64,000 bases of DNA from Camelus ferus. Lineage: Eukaryota. Positions 25,981 through 39,084 of this stretch are shown one piece after another (the first letter of the stretch is position 1; every line of letters begins with the position of its first letter). Location of the stretch: the NCBI RefSeq assembly GCF_009834535.1, contig NC_045707.1:61878001-61942000 (forward strand), written 5' to 3'. The position numbers and the translations under genes were made by a program. Below the pieces are notes generated by a model. The model did no database searches. It worked only from the letters and a program-made list of their open reading frames with translations, and was not told the DNA's origin.

Positions 25981-27999
25981 GGTAATGGTGGATTTTCAGT
26001 TCTATTTTAAATTTCTGGAGGAAGAAACCACTATCTGCCTAACTCTTACATAATAATGGGCGAAACTGCTGAAACATTTAGTGTTTAGTAAGTAGACAGT
26101 TGTTTATTCTTTGATTAAAGACAGAAAAAGAAAATTTTCAGTATTTGATCTGATTAACATTTAACAATACTTCCTGAACAGGTGAATGAGTGAACACCAC
26201 CTAACAATACAGAATTATATACTTTCATTCTGCTAGAAAACCTGAATAAATTTGCATTCAGTTAAGAAATCACAAATAATTAGGACATTTGACTGTCATA
26301 ATATTTAATTACCTTTTGTGAGCATAGTGGAAATTATGACTGAACAAATACTTAGGTTCTTATTTTAGAATTTCATTTCTTGACATTAGGAGTCATGCCA
26401 TTCTTTAGGTAAGACTCAGCAAGTGAAAATAAGAAAACAGAAAGATTTCCAATTAATTACCTTATTAGTAAATCAAGTGGACAGGAAGGAAAAAAAAACC
26501 CTGTTATATAATTTGTTCTTTAGTGACTGAGTAGAAAAGATAAAAGAAATGCAATGAGGAGTTCTATTTATAGTTGAAGTTTGAGAATAGAAAACACTTC
26601 TATTACTCTTCCATTCATTACAAATTAAATACATTTTTATTTTAACAGCTTCTTTTGTAACGTTGTCTTTTTTCCTTGCCTTTAGCTAAAATGTCTGTCA
26701 AATATAATCTTTCTAATAGCGAGATACCAAATAGTAAACAAGCTGGCTAACAAGCTTCCTTAAAACTCACAGAATACATATGACACAATCTACCAACAGT
26801 AAGGAGTACACTTCTTCATCAAAATAAACTAAGGGGAAAAAAAATGCAAGAGGCCAAAATATCTAGGGAAAGTGCTGAAGGCTCTCCTTCCTGTTGGTAA
26901 GCTGTTAGGTCAAATTCTCCCAGACGGCAACAATCGTTCATTCCTCTCCCTAGCGAAGGGTAAAATGTAGGGGTGACTGTCATTTTTGGCCACATGTTTA
27001 TACCCGATTGTTGTCTATTTGATAGAGGACAGGATGGAAAACCTGTGAGAGAATGAAGCGTATCTTCAGAGGCCAGGCTCTGTCCTTTCTTATTTTTTCA
27101 GAGACCCAGAGCCTTTCTGCCTTGCCCCACTTTCCTTCTCTCTTGGCCACAAATCAGGTGTCAAAAGGCTCTACTTGTGAGTGTCGTTTATTCCAGGGGT
27201 GGTTTCAGCTGAAGTTTATATCTAAACAAAGCAATCAGTCGAGTGGTTTCTTACACCTCACCAGCATTCTTCAACGGTGGGAGGAATTACAGGCTTATTT
27301 TATCACTGGAGCCTCGCAAAATGTCTTAAAATTTTCAGGCAAAACATAAGCACTCTTTTGAGTTTCTTTAAATCCTCTCATTCTTATTAACTTTCCCGTA
27401 AGCTGTTGTAAACATCAAGCTCTTGTAATAAGCAGTGGAGACACAGCAGCCCATGCATCTTTCTGATCCACTGTGATGCTGGGGAGGACGAGACAGGTTG
27501 ATTCGTGTTGTTTAGTTGTGATGAGTTTCAATATATTGTGGGGGAATTCCATTGCGTTCTCTCCATAGTATTTGTAAAGTCAGTGTTTTGTTTTTTTGAA
27601 ATGAGAAAGAGATCAGCCACATTTTGTGACTACTGTGTTAAAATTTGATTGTCACTGCTGTCTATTTTTATTATTCTGAAAAAAAGGTCTCAGTCTCTGT
27701 TAAAAGAGCATTCACGACAAAAGCCTGTTGTAGACCCTCTAATGACAAATTTGAATTAAGTGATTTGCAGAGTTGACACCTTTAGAACTATATTTACATC
27801 TAGAATGAAGTGTCACCTCTCAGTAATGAACCACAGAAACATGTTTATGAGGCTGGGGACAAAGAAAAAAACCAAAAGGCTATTTTTCTGAAATCAACAC
27901 AGGTAAACCAAAACGCAAGGTCCATGAAATCGGGAAAACTGCCTGACTGTTTACTCCTCCACGCTTAGCTCCTGTCTTATGTCTAGCACAGAATGAACT

Positions 28000-28480
28000 T
28001 GTGAACGAAAATACTGCAACCATATCAGTAAACAAAGAATGCTGAAACCAAGTCATCAGTGGCTGCCACCCCCCCCCCCCACCAAGGGAAGACAAGCCTG
28101 CAGTCCAGCCTCTGCAGCCACTCACAGTGGTGCCCTCTGAGGGGACTCAGAATAAGAAAGGACAGGACACTGGCCCTAGATAGCTAGGTGCTTGTCAAAG
28201 GAATGAATTCAATGAGCCCAAATGTTTCCTTCCTCCCATACATAGAAAAGCACTAAATTCTTTAACTTGAGATGTCTGGTTTTCTTTAGTTAACAAGCAA
28301 TCTTTTATTGTTCCAGCTACCTGGTCCTCATTGCAAAGCTCATATATATCCTAGTTCCTCCCCTACCTTTTCGGAGCAGTCCCTCAGAGCCATCTGAGGG
28401 GCTGTCATCCCTGCTTGAGTCCTCCCGCCAAATAAAACTTAACTCTCAACTTTTAGCCTGTGCATTTATTTCAGTTGACA
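28000..28480 (+). mobile_element. Solo LTR, ERV1-like (copy A)
   Basis: TGTGAA...TTGACA termini; perfect 4-bp TSD AACT; AATAAA near 28431. Confidence 0.92.
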
Positions 28481-29094
28481 AACTTTTGATAGATGCTTGT
28501 GAATGAGTGACTGAGTCTAGCCATCTACAGCAATAAGATATTCAAAGAGTTAGAGAAAGGAAAACTCTCTGTTCCATTTTCTATCAAGGAAACTAATGTA
28601 TAATATTAGTAACAGAGGACTTCACTGCACTTAATACAAAGGAAAACTCTGACATCAATTGTGTGGTGGCTTGCCTGGCACTTGTAGGGACATAAAATAT
28701 CAAGATGAAAGTCAGTATCTGTAAATCTTTAATCAGCTGTGGCCAAGAAAGGGACTGCTCTTATCTTTCAAAAGAAATATCTCTAGATAGGGAAAGACAA
28801 GCCATCGGAATGTAATAGCTTGAAGAACATATCTTTTAGGAACATTCAAACTCCAAAGTGCAAGACATTTTTTGAACTGAAGACCTAAGATGGGCTCTCT
28901 TCTCATTGCAAGTCTCATGGCTATCCTGAGAAGCAGTTAGGGCAAGGGCAGGAAATTGGGAGCCCCAATCTTGGCTCTGTTTTTATGCACTCAAAAAAAA
29001 AAAAAAAAAAAAGAAAAAGAAAAAGAAAAGAAAGCCAAACACTTAGCCACTCAGGTTCTCTGTCCATAGAGTAGATTGAATAACCAGATCCTTC

Positions 29095-29722
29095 TGATGC
29101 AGGAAAACAGACTTGGGGCATGAGGAGGGGCCATGTTCCAGGCTTCGGTTGAGCCGCTGGGACGTGCCCCACCAAGTGTGGGTCCTTGGCTTCGCACAGG
29201 AAAGAATTCAAGAGCTGAGCCACAGGTGAGTGAAGGTAGATTTATTCAGAGAGATATAATGAAAGGTAAGAGAAAGGCCATGAGGTGTTGGGGTTGAGTG
29301 CTCAGATTGAAAGTAGGTACACACTCCATAGACAGAATGTGGGCCATCTCCGAAGAGGGAGAGAGGCGGCAGGCGAGAGGTGCTGTGTTGCTAGTTTTTA
29401 TGAGCTTGGTGGCTTCGTATGCTAATAAGTGGAAGGACCAGTCTAAGTAGCCTGGGGAAGGGGCTGGGATTCCCAGGCAGTTGGTCATTTCCCATCTGAC
29501 CTTCTGTGGCTAGCCTTGGGACTGTCATGGTGCCTGTGGGCGTGTTATTCATCATGCTTATATTACAATGGGTGTATAATGAAGCACAAAATCTGCTAGA
29601 AGTCAAATCTCCCATCATCTTGTGCCTCAAGGCCTACTGGGGGTTGAATCTTTCACCATTTTGATGTTAATTGCTGTAGCATTCCTTGAATGGCTGTGCT
29701 TGCCTGCTTCCATCCTGTCTCA
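29095..29722 (-). mobile_element. Solo LTR (different family), flanked by a long direct duplication
   Basis: Minus strand reads TGAGACAGG...CCTGCATCA; TTTATT near 29240 is a minus-strand poly(A) signal. Confidence 0.85.
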
Positions 29723-30127
29723 CACTCAAAAAAAAAAAAAAGAAAGCCAAACACTTAGCCACTCTGGTTCTCGGTCCATACAGTGGCTTGAGTAACCAGA
29801 TCCTTAAGCTCTCAGCTACTTGGTGAGGTCTATTCTGATACTCAATTGAAAATGAATGTCCTCAGTTTTCATTAGAGCTAATCCTTCATGGCATGCATCA
29901 CCTGAAAATGATCTTGTTTACTTGTCTCCCTTGCCCACCCTTCTCCAGCTGGCTAACGGAATTACTGTAGATGAACTTGTGAATTTAAATTTCTGAATCT
30001 AAAGACCCAACAATCAGGCACCGAACAGCTATAACTTTATCAAGCTCAGTCAAAATAAGTCAGCCTCCGTCTCACTTCAGGCTTCTTATAAAGGAAGATT
30101 CTTTTAGCCCATTAATTACCTGTTAAG

Positions 30128-30626
30128 TGTCGACTGAAATAAATGCACAGCCTAAAAGTTGAGAGTTATGTTTTATTTGGCCGACATTTCTGAGGACTTG
30201 AACCCCTTCGATCCCGGGATGACAGCCCCTCAGATGGCTCTGAGGGACTGCTCCAAAGAGGTAGGGGGGGGAGCTAGGACATATAGAAGCTTTATAACAA
30301 AGACCAGATAGTTGGAACATTAGAAGATTACTTGTTAACTGAAGAAAACGAGGCATCTCAAGTTGAAGAATTTAGTGCTTTTCTATGTATGGGAGGGAGC
30401 AAACATTTGGGCTCATTGAATTCATTCCTTTGACAAGCACCTAGCTATCTAGGGCCAGTGTCCTGTCCTTCCTTATTCTGAGTGCCCTCAGAGGGCACCA
30501 CTGTGAGTGGCTGCAGAGGCCGGGCTGCAGGCTTGTCTTCACTGGGGGGTGGCAGCAGCCGCTGATGAATTGATGGCTTCCGCATTCTTTCTTTACTGAT
30601 ATAGTTTGCAGTATTTTTCATTCACA
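30128..30626 (-). mobile_element. Solo LTR, same family as copy A (copy B)
   Basis: Aligns end to end in reverse complement with 28000-28480; TSD TAAG / GAAG. Confidence 0.92.
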
Positions 30627-32669
30627 GAAGTAAGCAAGTTTGATAAAAATTATTTGACCGGACTATTTTTGTTTTGGTAAATAGGTAGAGGACTTTTTGC
30701 CCTTGTTAGTGGTAGTGATTTGTTGTTGATAGTGGTAAGGCGGTTAGTGGCGTGGCTTGCAGGGAGGAGAAAGGAGAGACGACAAATAGGAGTTATGATG
30801 TGGAATGGACGTGACACTTTTCATCCTCACTTACAGGTGAAAAATCTCTGTAACTCAGAAAGAAATGCCCTTTCCTGGGAAGTTGTTTGTGTTAAACATG
30901 TATGTAACGGACACTTGTTATATGTTCTGTATGAATAATTCACAGCTCTTTCCCTAAGTAGCTAACAATAAAAGACAGGAAATTAGTGGGAGAATGCAGC
31001 CTTGCACTGGAAGGAAAAGAAGTTTTGAATTAGGAGAGAGTATAGATTTATGTAATTATGACACTGGACTGGCATTATTATTGAAGTGAGGTATTTCTTG
31101 GCACTAAAAGTGCCTAAAAGACATTTCCTGATCTAAGAATAAAAACAAATAAATATTTTTGTGTGTGTGACTTGCCTGGGATTTCATCAAAAGAAGAGGA
31201 TAATAAACAGTCCACATCTTCGGTTCAAGAATAAAGATGCGGGGTTTTTGTTGGTGGTTTGATACTTACTTGCATTCAGATACACTGAGCTCATTCTAAG
31301 TATACATGACAGAAACAAGAGCAAGTGACCATTTGATCCCAGAGAGATAATAGAGACTAGCATGGTACAAGGATGTCCTTTTATTTTGCAGGATAAAGAT
31401 TAGTAATAGAAACTTTGGTTAAGGCAAGAAATTATTTAGAAGAATTATGTACTTCCTCTAAAAATTCTATTTTTTCTTAATGTGAATGCACTTTTATTTC
31501 CCCACGTCTTTTCATGAAGTGCCAAAGCCTTTTCTGCAAGGGTAGGCCTACTGGTTGGAGTTCATTGTAATATTTTTTGGCATAAACAAAATATATAATG
31601 TATCATTTGTAATTTCTAGTTTTAAATTTTTTTAAGGGGGCAAGAACTTAAATGCCCTTGTGAGGCATACTGAGTGAAGAATTTTTCTACTTTTTTCAAA
31701 ACAATTTTCTCCCATCTTTGTAGTTTCACACTCTAAGTTAATTCAACTGTAAGATTGTAATGTATCTTTGTCAAGCATTTCTAAAGCACTGAAATTAAAT
31801 TTCATAGAAAAAGCCTTTCTTACTATATGCTATTTCGCTTCATTAATTTACATAATAATTGTATTACGTACTTGCAAAAGTTAAGTGCAACAAGCATACA
31901 AAGGTTAGAGAAAGAACACAAACCACTTTAAGCATACTGATGAACATAAATGGGCAGATCTGTTGAGGCGCGTTTCAAATGCCATGAGAATTAATTCTTA
32001 TGTTCTAGAGAGGGAATGGGGATTATTGGCTAATGCAGTGAATTCGTAAATTGGACGCCAATTAAGAGAGCTTTTATTCTAGTTCTTGATGGCTGTCCAA
32101 TTCCAGGTGCCTCCAGACATCACAGCTACATTTCCTGCCTTATAGTTTTAAAAAAAAAAAAAAAATCCCTTCCCGGCTTATGCTGATTCAAGTAGTATCT
32201 GTCAAATGAATCCTAAAAACCATTGATAAGCCCCGGACGGGTCCAAAGTTAGGTTAGCATGAAAGTTCTCAAAGCTTTGGTGAAATCCTTGTATCATTTT
32301 TTTCTATTCAAAATATTTTAAGATCAATATTGTCTTTTTATTTACATCTGAATATTCATTCTAATATATAAAGGGCGCTTCATGTTTCATATAATAATCA
32401 ATGCTGAGACACCTTCTGATTTAAAAGGCAACTTTTTTTTTTTTCAGGCCAAGCATCAAAACAATTTCTGACGTAAACTATTTAAATAATTTTGACAGCC
32501 AACCTGATAAATGCTTTAAGAAAAATTTTTCCACAATTGACATTGAGTATATATAGTTTCCTCCAACAGGTTTTCAATTTAAAAATTGGTATTTTTGGTT
32601 TTCATAAATTGATTTAGTGCATCCTTTCAGCATACAGCTTCGATTCAACTGACTCTCAGCCCTTTTTTT

Positions 32670-32818
32670 TGAAATAAATATTTTATTTTACTTGTTTTTT
32701 GGTTGAGGGGAGGTAATTAGGTCTATTTCTTTATTTTTAGAGGGGGTACTGGGGATTGAACCCAGGACCCTGTGCATGCTAAGCATAGTCTCTACCACTT
32801 GAGGTACACCCTCCCCCC
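32670..32818 (-). mobile_element. tRNA-Ala-derived SINE (camelid Vic-1 type)
   Basis: Reverse complement of the same SINE; degenerate TSD TCTCAGCCCTTTTT / TCCCAGCCCCTTTTT. Confidence 0.9.
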
Positions 32819-33599
32819 TTCCCAGCCCCTTTTTTATCCTCAGGTCTTTATTCTATGCCTGAACTCAAGAGATAGACCTAAATGTGTAGATCACCTGTGT
32901 TTCTCCATCAAGAATTATCTCCTTTATATTATTTTTATTCAAAATCAGTAAAAGTGAAACTCATGACACTGAAGTCAATTGCCTTTATTTCTATGATCCA
33001 CTTAATAACACTTGCATCCTTTATTATCCCAAGAAACAGACTCTACTTCCCAATAACAAGTTGTTGACACTCGTCCAACTATCTGGAAAGTGTGTTGCCT
33101 TTTTTCTAAGCAGTTCACATTTTATGGAGTTAAATTTGGGAGTCTTCTGAGGCCTCAGTGATTATCCTACAGTCACTCCAGGAGTAAGTTTTTTTTTGTT
33201 TTTCATTTCTGAAATAAAACTCACATTAAAGAAAATATCACACACAAAAATATTTTTTATTGAGTAAGATTGAAATTGTTTGGGTTGACATTTTTTGAAT
33301 AAATAACAAGACAGATACTTTTGTTTTGCCTATTCATTAATTTAACAGTGCTTATCTGTAACGAAAAAGATGGACAGAGGCAGCATTATAGTCTCTGGAT
33401 TTTCATCAGTGTCTTCCCACAGTAATTTCCTAAATTTCCCAACTGAAGAGACTGGGCTAAAAATGTAGATGCATCCTTTCAAAATGATTAACAATTCCAA
33501 ACCCATTAAATATTTTCAAATGAAAGTATCTATTTTTTATGAGTAAATGTGACCAGTGATAGCTACCTCCTCACCTGTGCTTTGTAAACTTTCTGATTT

Positions 33600-34090
33600 G
33601 TGGGCCTTTAGACTTGGCAGTGACCTTACAGAAACTTAGTCCAAACCTCCTCCCTCAATGCAAGAATCTCTCTTCAATCAAGGGACCACCCTTGGTTGAA
33701 AATTCTAGGCGGTAAAATATGTTATCTATAAAGCTATTCTAAACCAGACCGTTTAGTTTCATGTAGAATTTTTTTGTTGAAATAAAAATATATCTCTTGA
33801 TAACTATATTCCTTTGGAGTTAATTTTGTTTTTTGGACTTGGACAGAAAAATAAATCAATTTCTTCTTGCAGCTGGAACAAATTCAGATTCATGGCATGT
33901 TCTCATATGAGTATTTCCTTTTCCAAAACGTGCTAATTGTTCCTTCAACCATTTTTTTATCCGACATGGTTTATAGATTCACTGCTATTCTGACACTTCC
34001 ATTCTAGTTTTGTTGTTATCATTAAAAATACAGTGAACAGAATTTAACAAAACATTATAATTAGAATAATCCTAGCATAATGCGATGCTT
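33600..34090 (-). mobile_element. L3/CR1 LINE remnant
   Basis: GACCTTACAGAAACTTAGTCCAAACC and TTCCTTCAACCATT...GACATGGTTT resemble the L3 3' region. Confidence 0.55.
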
Positions 34091-37000
34091 ATTTCTATCA
34101 GGATGGATTCTGGATAAAACGCTAATGGCAAGTTTCAAATATTTTAATTTTTATGCTGTCTTTATAATATGGCATTTTTTCCATAGGTTTCTGTTACTGA
34201 TTCTGAATGAAAGACAATACCAGAAGAGATACTTCTTCATTGGTTAACATTTTGTGCATAGCTTTACAGTCTTATAGCAGTTTTTCAGATACGGTAACAT
34301 TTCTTTCAGAATAGCTCTCAGAGTCAATAACCTCCCTGATATCTCTTTTTTTTTTTTTTAAAGTTACTTTGCTTATGAGTATTCGCAGAGAATTGCTGAA
34401 AGAATAACGTTCTCATATCAGTAGCTTTAACGGGGTGGCCTATAAAGTCTCTTTTAACATTTTAGAAACTGCAATGTGGAATTGGAATCCCTGGTGAAAT
34501 CTGAACGGGCCAGATACGAATTCTCATGCATCTGTCCCTTCCCTCCCCGTCATATACAACTCTTGTCCATTTTAAATAATTTATTTATTTAAGGCATTAG
34601 GCGTTAGGTCTGAATTTCCAAGGTCAGCCTGTTCCACATTTGCCATTTAACCCACCTACAGTTTTTCCGCAGGCTCAGTTTATTTCATCACCAGCTGGAA
34701 TTAAGACGACACGGTTCCTGAGAATGGAACCTTTTATAGTAACTCCTGATTCTTTTGAGTTCATTTATTTTTTGAGCCTAATTTCACTTTGCTGACTGTC
34801 AACTGGGATTCAGTAACTGTTTAAAACTTGAGAACTGATATGAGTGGTTATTAAATCCCCCCAGAATACTCAACGTCTCTTCATGAAACAAGTCTACATT
34901 CGAGCTGTGTAGGTTTGATTCTCAGAATAGAGCATGCATACCCGAGGAGACTGTGCTGTTATTTTCATCTCTGAAATCAGCAAGTCTCCGGGGATCTTTC
35001 TGTATTTTTGACACTATTTGAGCAGACACCATGCCTCTTATCTAAACGATTCATATTTCCTTGCGATGTCAGCCATCCAGGTGTTCAGTTTGGCTTTGAG
35101 TAACATCTAAATCAATGATTTTTATCTGGAAAGCACTTTAAGTACAAAATCCTGGATTAGCACTCAAAAAATAGGTTATTACCTACATGGTTCAACTTAC
35201 GAACAATGTCTGATTTAAAATTGATACTTTAAAGCTAAAGTTTAACTTTCAGAAAACATTGTAATTCTGTTCTCATACCTAGAAATACATTAAAGGGAAG
35301 TGCAGGTCGTAACCCTAGTGTTTCTTAAATACCCTTTTCTATTTTCTTCTGTTTTTTCATATTCCAGTCTTGAGCCTTTCTTGCCAAAACCATAAAATAT
35401 TTTCTCCCTTTTCCCATTGGCTTGTTTTCTCTTTCTTTCTCAGTTCTTTATTATCTACATTGAATCAAATAACTGCTTCTTGTGTTCGTCCCTTCTCTTT
35501 AGTCAAGCTCTCTTCTGCTCTTTCTTCGTGTATGCATAATAAAGGAAGAGATTCTAGGAACAGACACAACAAAATAGGGCAGGAGGAGGATAAAACTGGA
35601 TGACAATTTCAGACCATGAGACTTTGAACAGTCCCACGGTAGGATTCCTGTCACGTTTTGCATGCACAACACCTAGTTAAGAGTAAGGTTGATCATCTCC
35701 TAGTACTGCTTCCATTGCATCTCCTGAAGACTCTTCGAGAATTATATTTTTCTCTAGTTGACTCATATAAGTTTCACCATCATCCTCAGCCCTTGCTTCT
35801 CCAATCATGGGGTTTAGGAGGAGTTTTTCTGTGATTCTGCCCAAATATTTCCCAACTAAATTTAGAATTTTTCAGCACCTGAGCAGGTCTCATCTTCCCT
35901 AAACTTGTAGAACTTTCTAAGCATATTAGACGTGTTCATTGTACCCTTGCTTATTTTTACAGGCACCTTCAACTATGTTTTCCTTCTTCAACTATTTCTA
36001 TGCAAATTTAGCAAAGCAGAGAGTTGGATGTGTGTAGCCGAAAAGAATTGGATGTGTGTAGCCAATTTCTATACTTAAAACTTAACCTGCAGTAAAATTT
36101 TATATCACTCACTCTATTGCTGCACGTCTATTTTAATGAATATGATGAAACCTGAAATCATGAGCCATCCAGCAACACGTTTTAAAATTTATGGCGATAT
36201 TCTCTTTCTCTATGATTGTAAAGTTACTGGTTTACATAGATTTATGGAAATTGATTCACATGGAGACAAGCAAAAATTCATAGAGCAGATGGATAAAACA
36301 TCTCCAATTTAATTGCCACCTAATAATGAACTCCTGCATCCTATGCTCTGTGTCACAGAGCCTTTTAGAGTATCTGTGGTCCACTTCAGGAACACAGACA
36401 TGTTTTAGGACTGGAAGTTCTGTCCTGTGAGTAAAACCCGACAGCATGAACTCAGCACCATTAGGAATGGTCACAGCCAGTCCTCTGCTTGTATTTCTGT
36501 TGGAACTATTGAAAAACTTATTTTATAGGTAAACATTTGACCATTAAACAAACTATCTATTGGGATAAGTGAATAATTCTGAACATTTGGATGACACCTG
36601 AGGAAAAAAAGTTTCAAAATTTTTCAGAAATTCTACATATATTTGGAATAATGGAAAGGAAATATCTGAATATTTGACCAAACTCCCACTAATTTGTATC
36701 CAATTGTTTGACATTTGGTAGACATAGACAAGGCTGATGGGTTCATAGTATCTAAAAATAATTGGCACTTGTAGAAGAAGACAAATCTGTGCTTTGAAGG
36801 TCACTCTTTAGGACACAAGTCTACGAAGTGTCACATTACGAAGAAATACATATTAACCCTCCATCCCCGAAAATTGGAAAATAACATTAGTGCTTACGGA
36901 ATTCTCATGTAAAGGTAGAAATAAAAGGACCAGGAAGTGGTTGATGGTTTGTGTTTATAATACAATGGCTTGTAATAAACATAAAATTTATTGAGACATA

Positions 37001-37504
37001 TCAAAATTCCACATATCCTATCAATCTTGCCTCATTTTCTCCCTTCTACTCCTCAAGACTCAAGCCATTTCTCTCTTTTCTCTTTTAGAGCAGTTCTTTA
37101 CTTCTATAGAATGAGATCAAAGCTCCAGTTTGGGTAGACACCTCCAATCTCAGCCAGTAAAGACCACATTTATTGCTGAAGAGCACTGCTTTATAACTCA
37201 CTATGAAAATTGGCTTTACAATCTCACAAGTTGCATTTGAAGCCCAGCTTTGCCACTAAAATACGGGAACAATAATATTTTCCTAGTGGCATCCATGTTG
37301 GACAAGTAACATTTATGGGTTCTTTTACAAAATTAAAATCAGGACCTTAAAATTTTCAAAGTGTTCATTATCTCATGAACGTCTTAAAAATAAAAGAAGA
37401 CATTTACTATTAGAATCAAGTCTTAATCACTTGGAAACTCACAAGAAAGGACTTTTTATTCCAAATATAGTACTGTGCCACTTCCTGAGCCACTGGAGCA
37501 AATC

Positions 37505-37675
37505 TGTCATTTCCAAATGTGGTTTATCATCAAATCACCTGAAACCCTTAGGAAAAAAATTTTTTTGTGCCATATTCCAGACCTCCTAAGTCAGAACCTT
37601 CTGTGCAGAGGTCTGGGAAGAAGCAACCCACCTCCCATGCAATTCTGATGATGAGTAAATTTTAAGAACCACTGA
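37505..37675. mobile_element. MER5-like hAT-Charlie MITE
   Basis: AAATCACCTG...CAATTCTGATG...TTTAAGAACCACTG. Confidence 0.6.
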
Positions 37676-39084
37676 GCTAGGCGACCTCCAAGGCTCCTTC
37701 TAGCTTCTAGATTTCTGACAGTCTATTTTAGGAAAGAAATGTTCATTTTAATGCACCACATTTGTTTAAACTGAGTAAAATTTTATGGCAATTAAATAAT
37801 CAAACTCCTTGCAAATTGAAAAAAAATCCATGTGGTGTCAGGAATAGAAGCAAAACTCTCAATTTAGTCATGACTCTGATCATACATTTTGGTACAGTAA
37901 TCAAAGAAAGAAAATGGTGATTTTTGTTTTGCCTTTAAAGCTAATTCTTATATCCTTGAAAATGTGGTTACAAATATGGTTCAACTTTCAGTGATCATCT
38001 GCTCTTTGAATATTTTTCTCCTAAAATGTGGAAAGTGGGATATATATAGAACAATAACAGTTGTATTATTTACTTAATATTGTTTCCAATGAAATTTCCT
38101 TGATTAGCCCATCATATTTAAGACCGTCAAAATCATATTAGGTAAATAGGAAAATAAATTGTATTAAAAATTTCAACTTGATCAATTATAAATTTTTACT
38201 AGTTTATACCGTAAAGCACAAAGCACTTTCAAACTGTCAATATATGTGGCCAATAATATGCAAAATTTAAAAGGGTACGTTGTTCCTATATCTCCACCAG
38301 CTAACTACAATAAATTCTCTTCTAGTTTAAAAACCACCACATACTCCATCCAACCTTCCCAACCAGTACAGATCCTCAACATTTTCACAGACTTTTCACA
38401 AAATCTTCTTGTTTATTATTGGTAATAGTCAATAAGTAGTGCTTATTTGGTAATTCCATAAAAATACACATAACTGGATAGCTGAATTCAAATTAAGAAT
38501 AAAAGTTACACCTTAGAACCCATAGCTAGCTACCACCAAAGTCATTAGAATAATCAAATCCCAGCAGTAAAGACATTTTTCCTTTTCCGCTAAGGAGAGT
38601 ACCGGAATCGGAATTCTCACCATCAAAACAAAAACGTCTGTTCTCCTTGGGTTAGTTGTCAGCATGAGGAACAAAGGCTTCTACACCAGTCAATAGACAG
38701 TGTGTTCCAGGATGTTCTCACTTACGGAGATAAGTCCGTAAACCAGTAAATAACTTCACGCCTATCCTTTGGAACGTCCCCCAAATCCATTTATCCAGGC
38801 AATAGGTTGCTCAACCAGCTCCTTGTCAGCACAACACCTAGTTCTTTTGAGTAAATGGTTTTCTTTTCAGGGCAGCTGGGTGAACTTGCTCTCTTATCAA
38901 ATAATGCTTTACTTACCAAAAGTGGCTCGAAGTTCTCCTGCCTGGTGTGTCCACCAATCCTAGAGTATTATATCAAGGATTTTACCCAATAGGAGGCAGA
39001 TTCCTGACTTGAAAGAGCTGCCTTAGATCACCCCAATTCAGATTCTAAAAGTCTTCTGAGATACTCTTAAGATTTAGTCAAGAA

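Noticed and set aside
25948..28091. Shared poly-C-AC(C)CAAGGGAAG motif at about 25950 and 28070
   Set aside because: Mostly homopolymer; each copy is explained by its own host element, so likely coincidence
28921..30356. Series of minus-strand ORFs suggesting a retroviral gene
   Set aside because: They lie in LTR or flanking sequence and show no gag/pol/env motifs; the inverted LTRs cannot be the ends of one provirus
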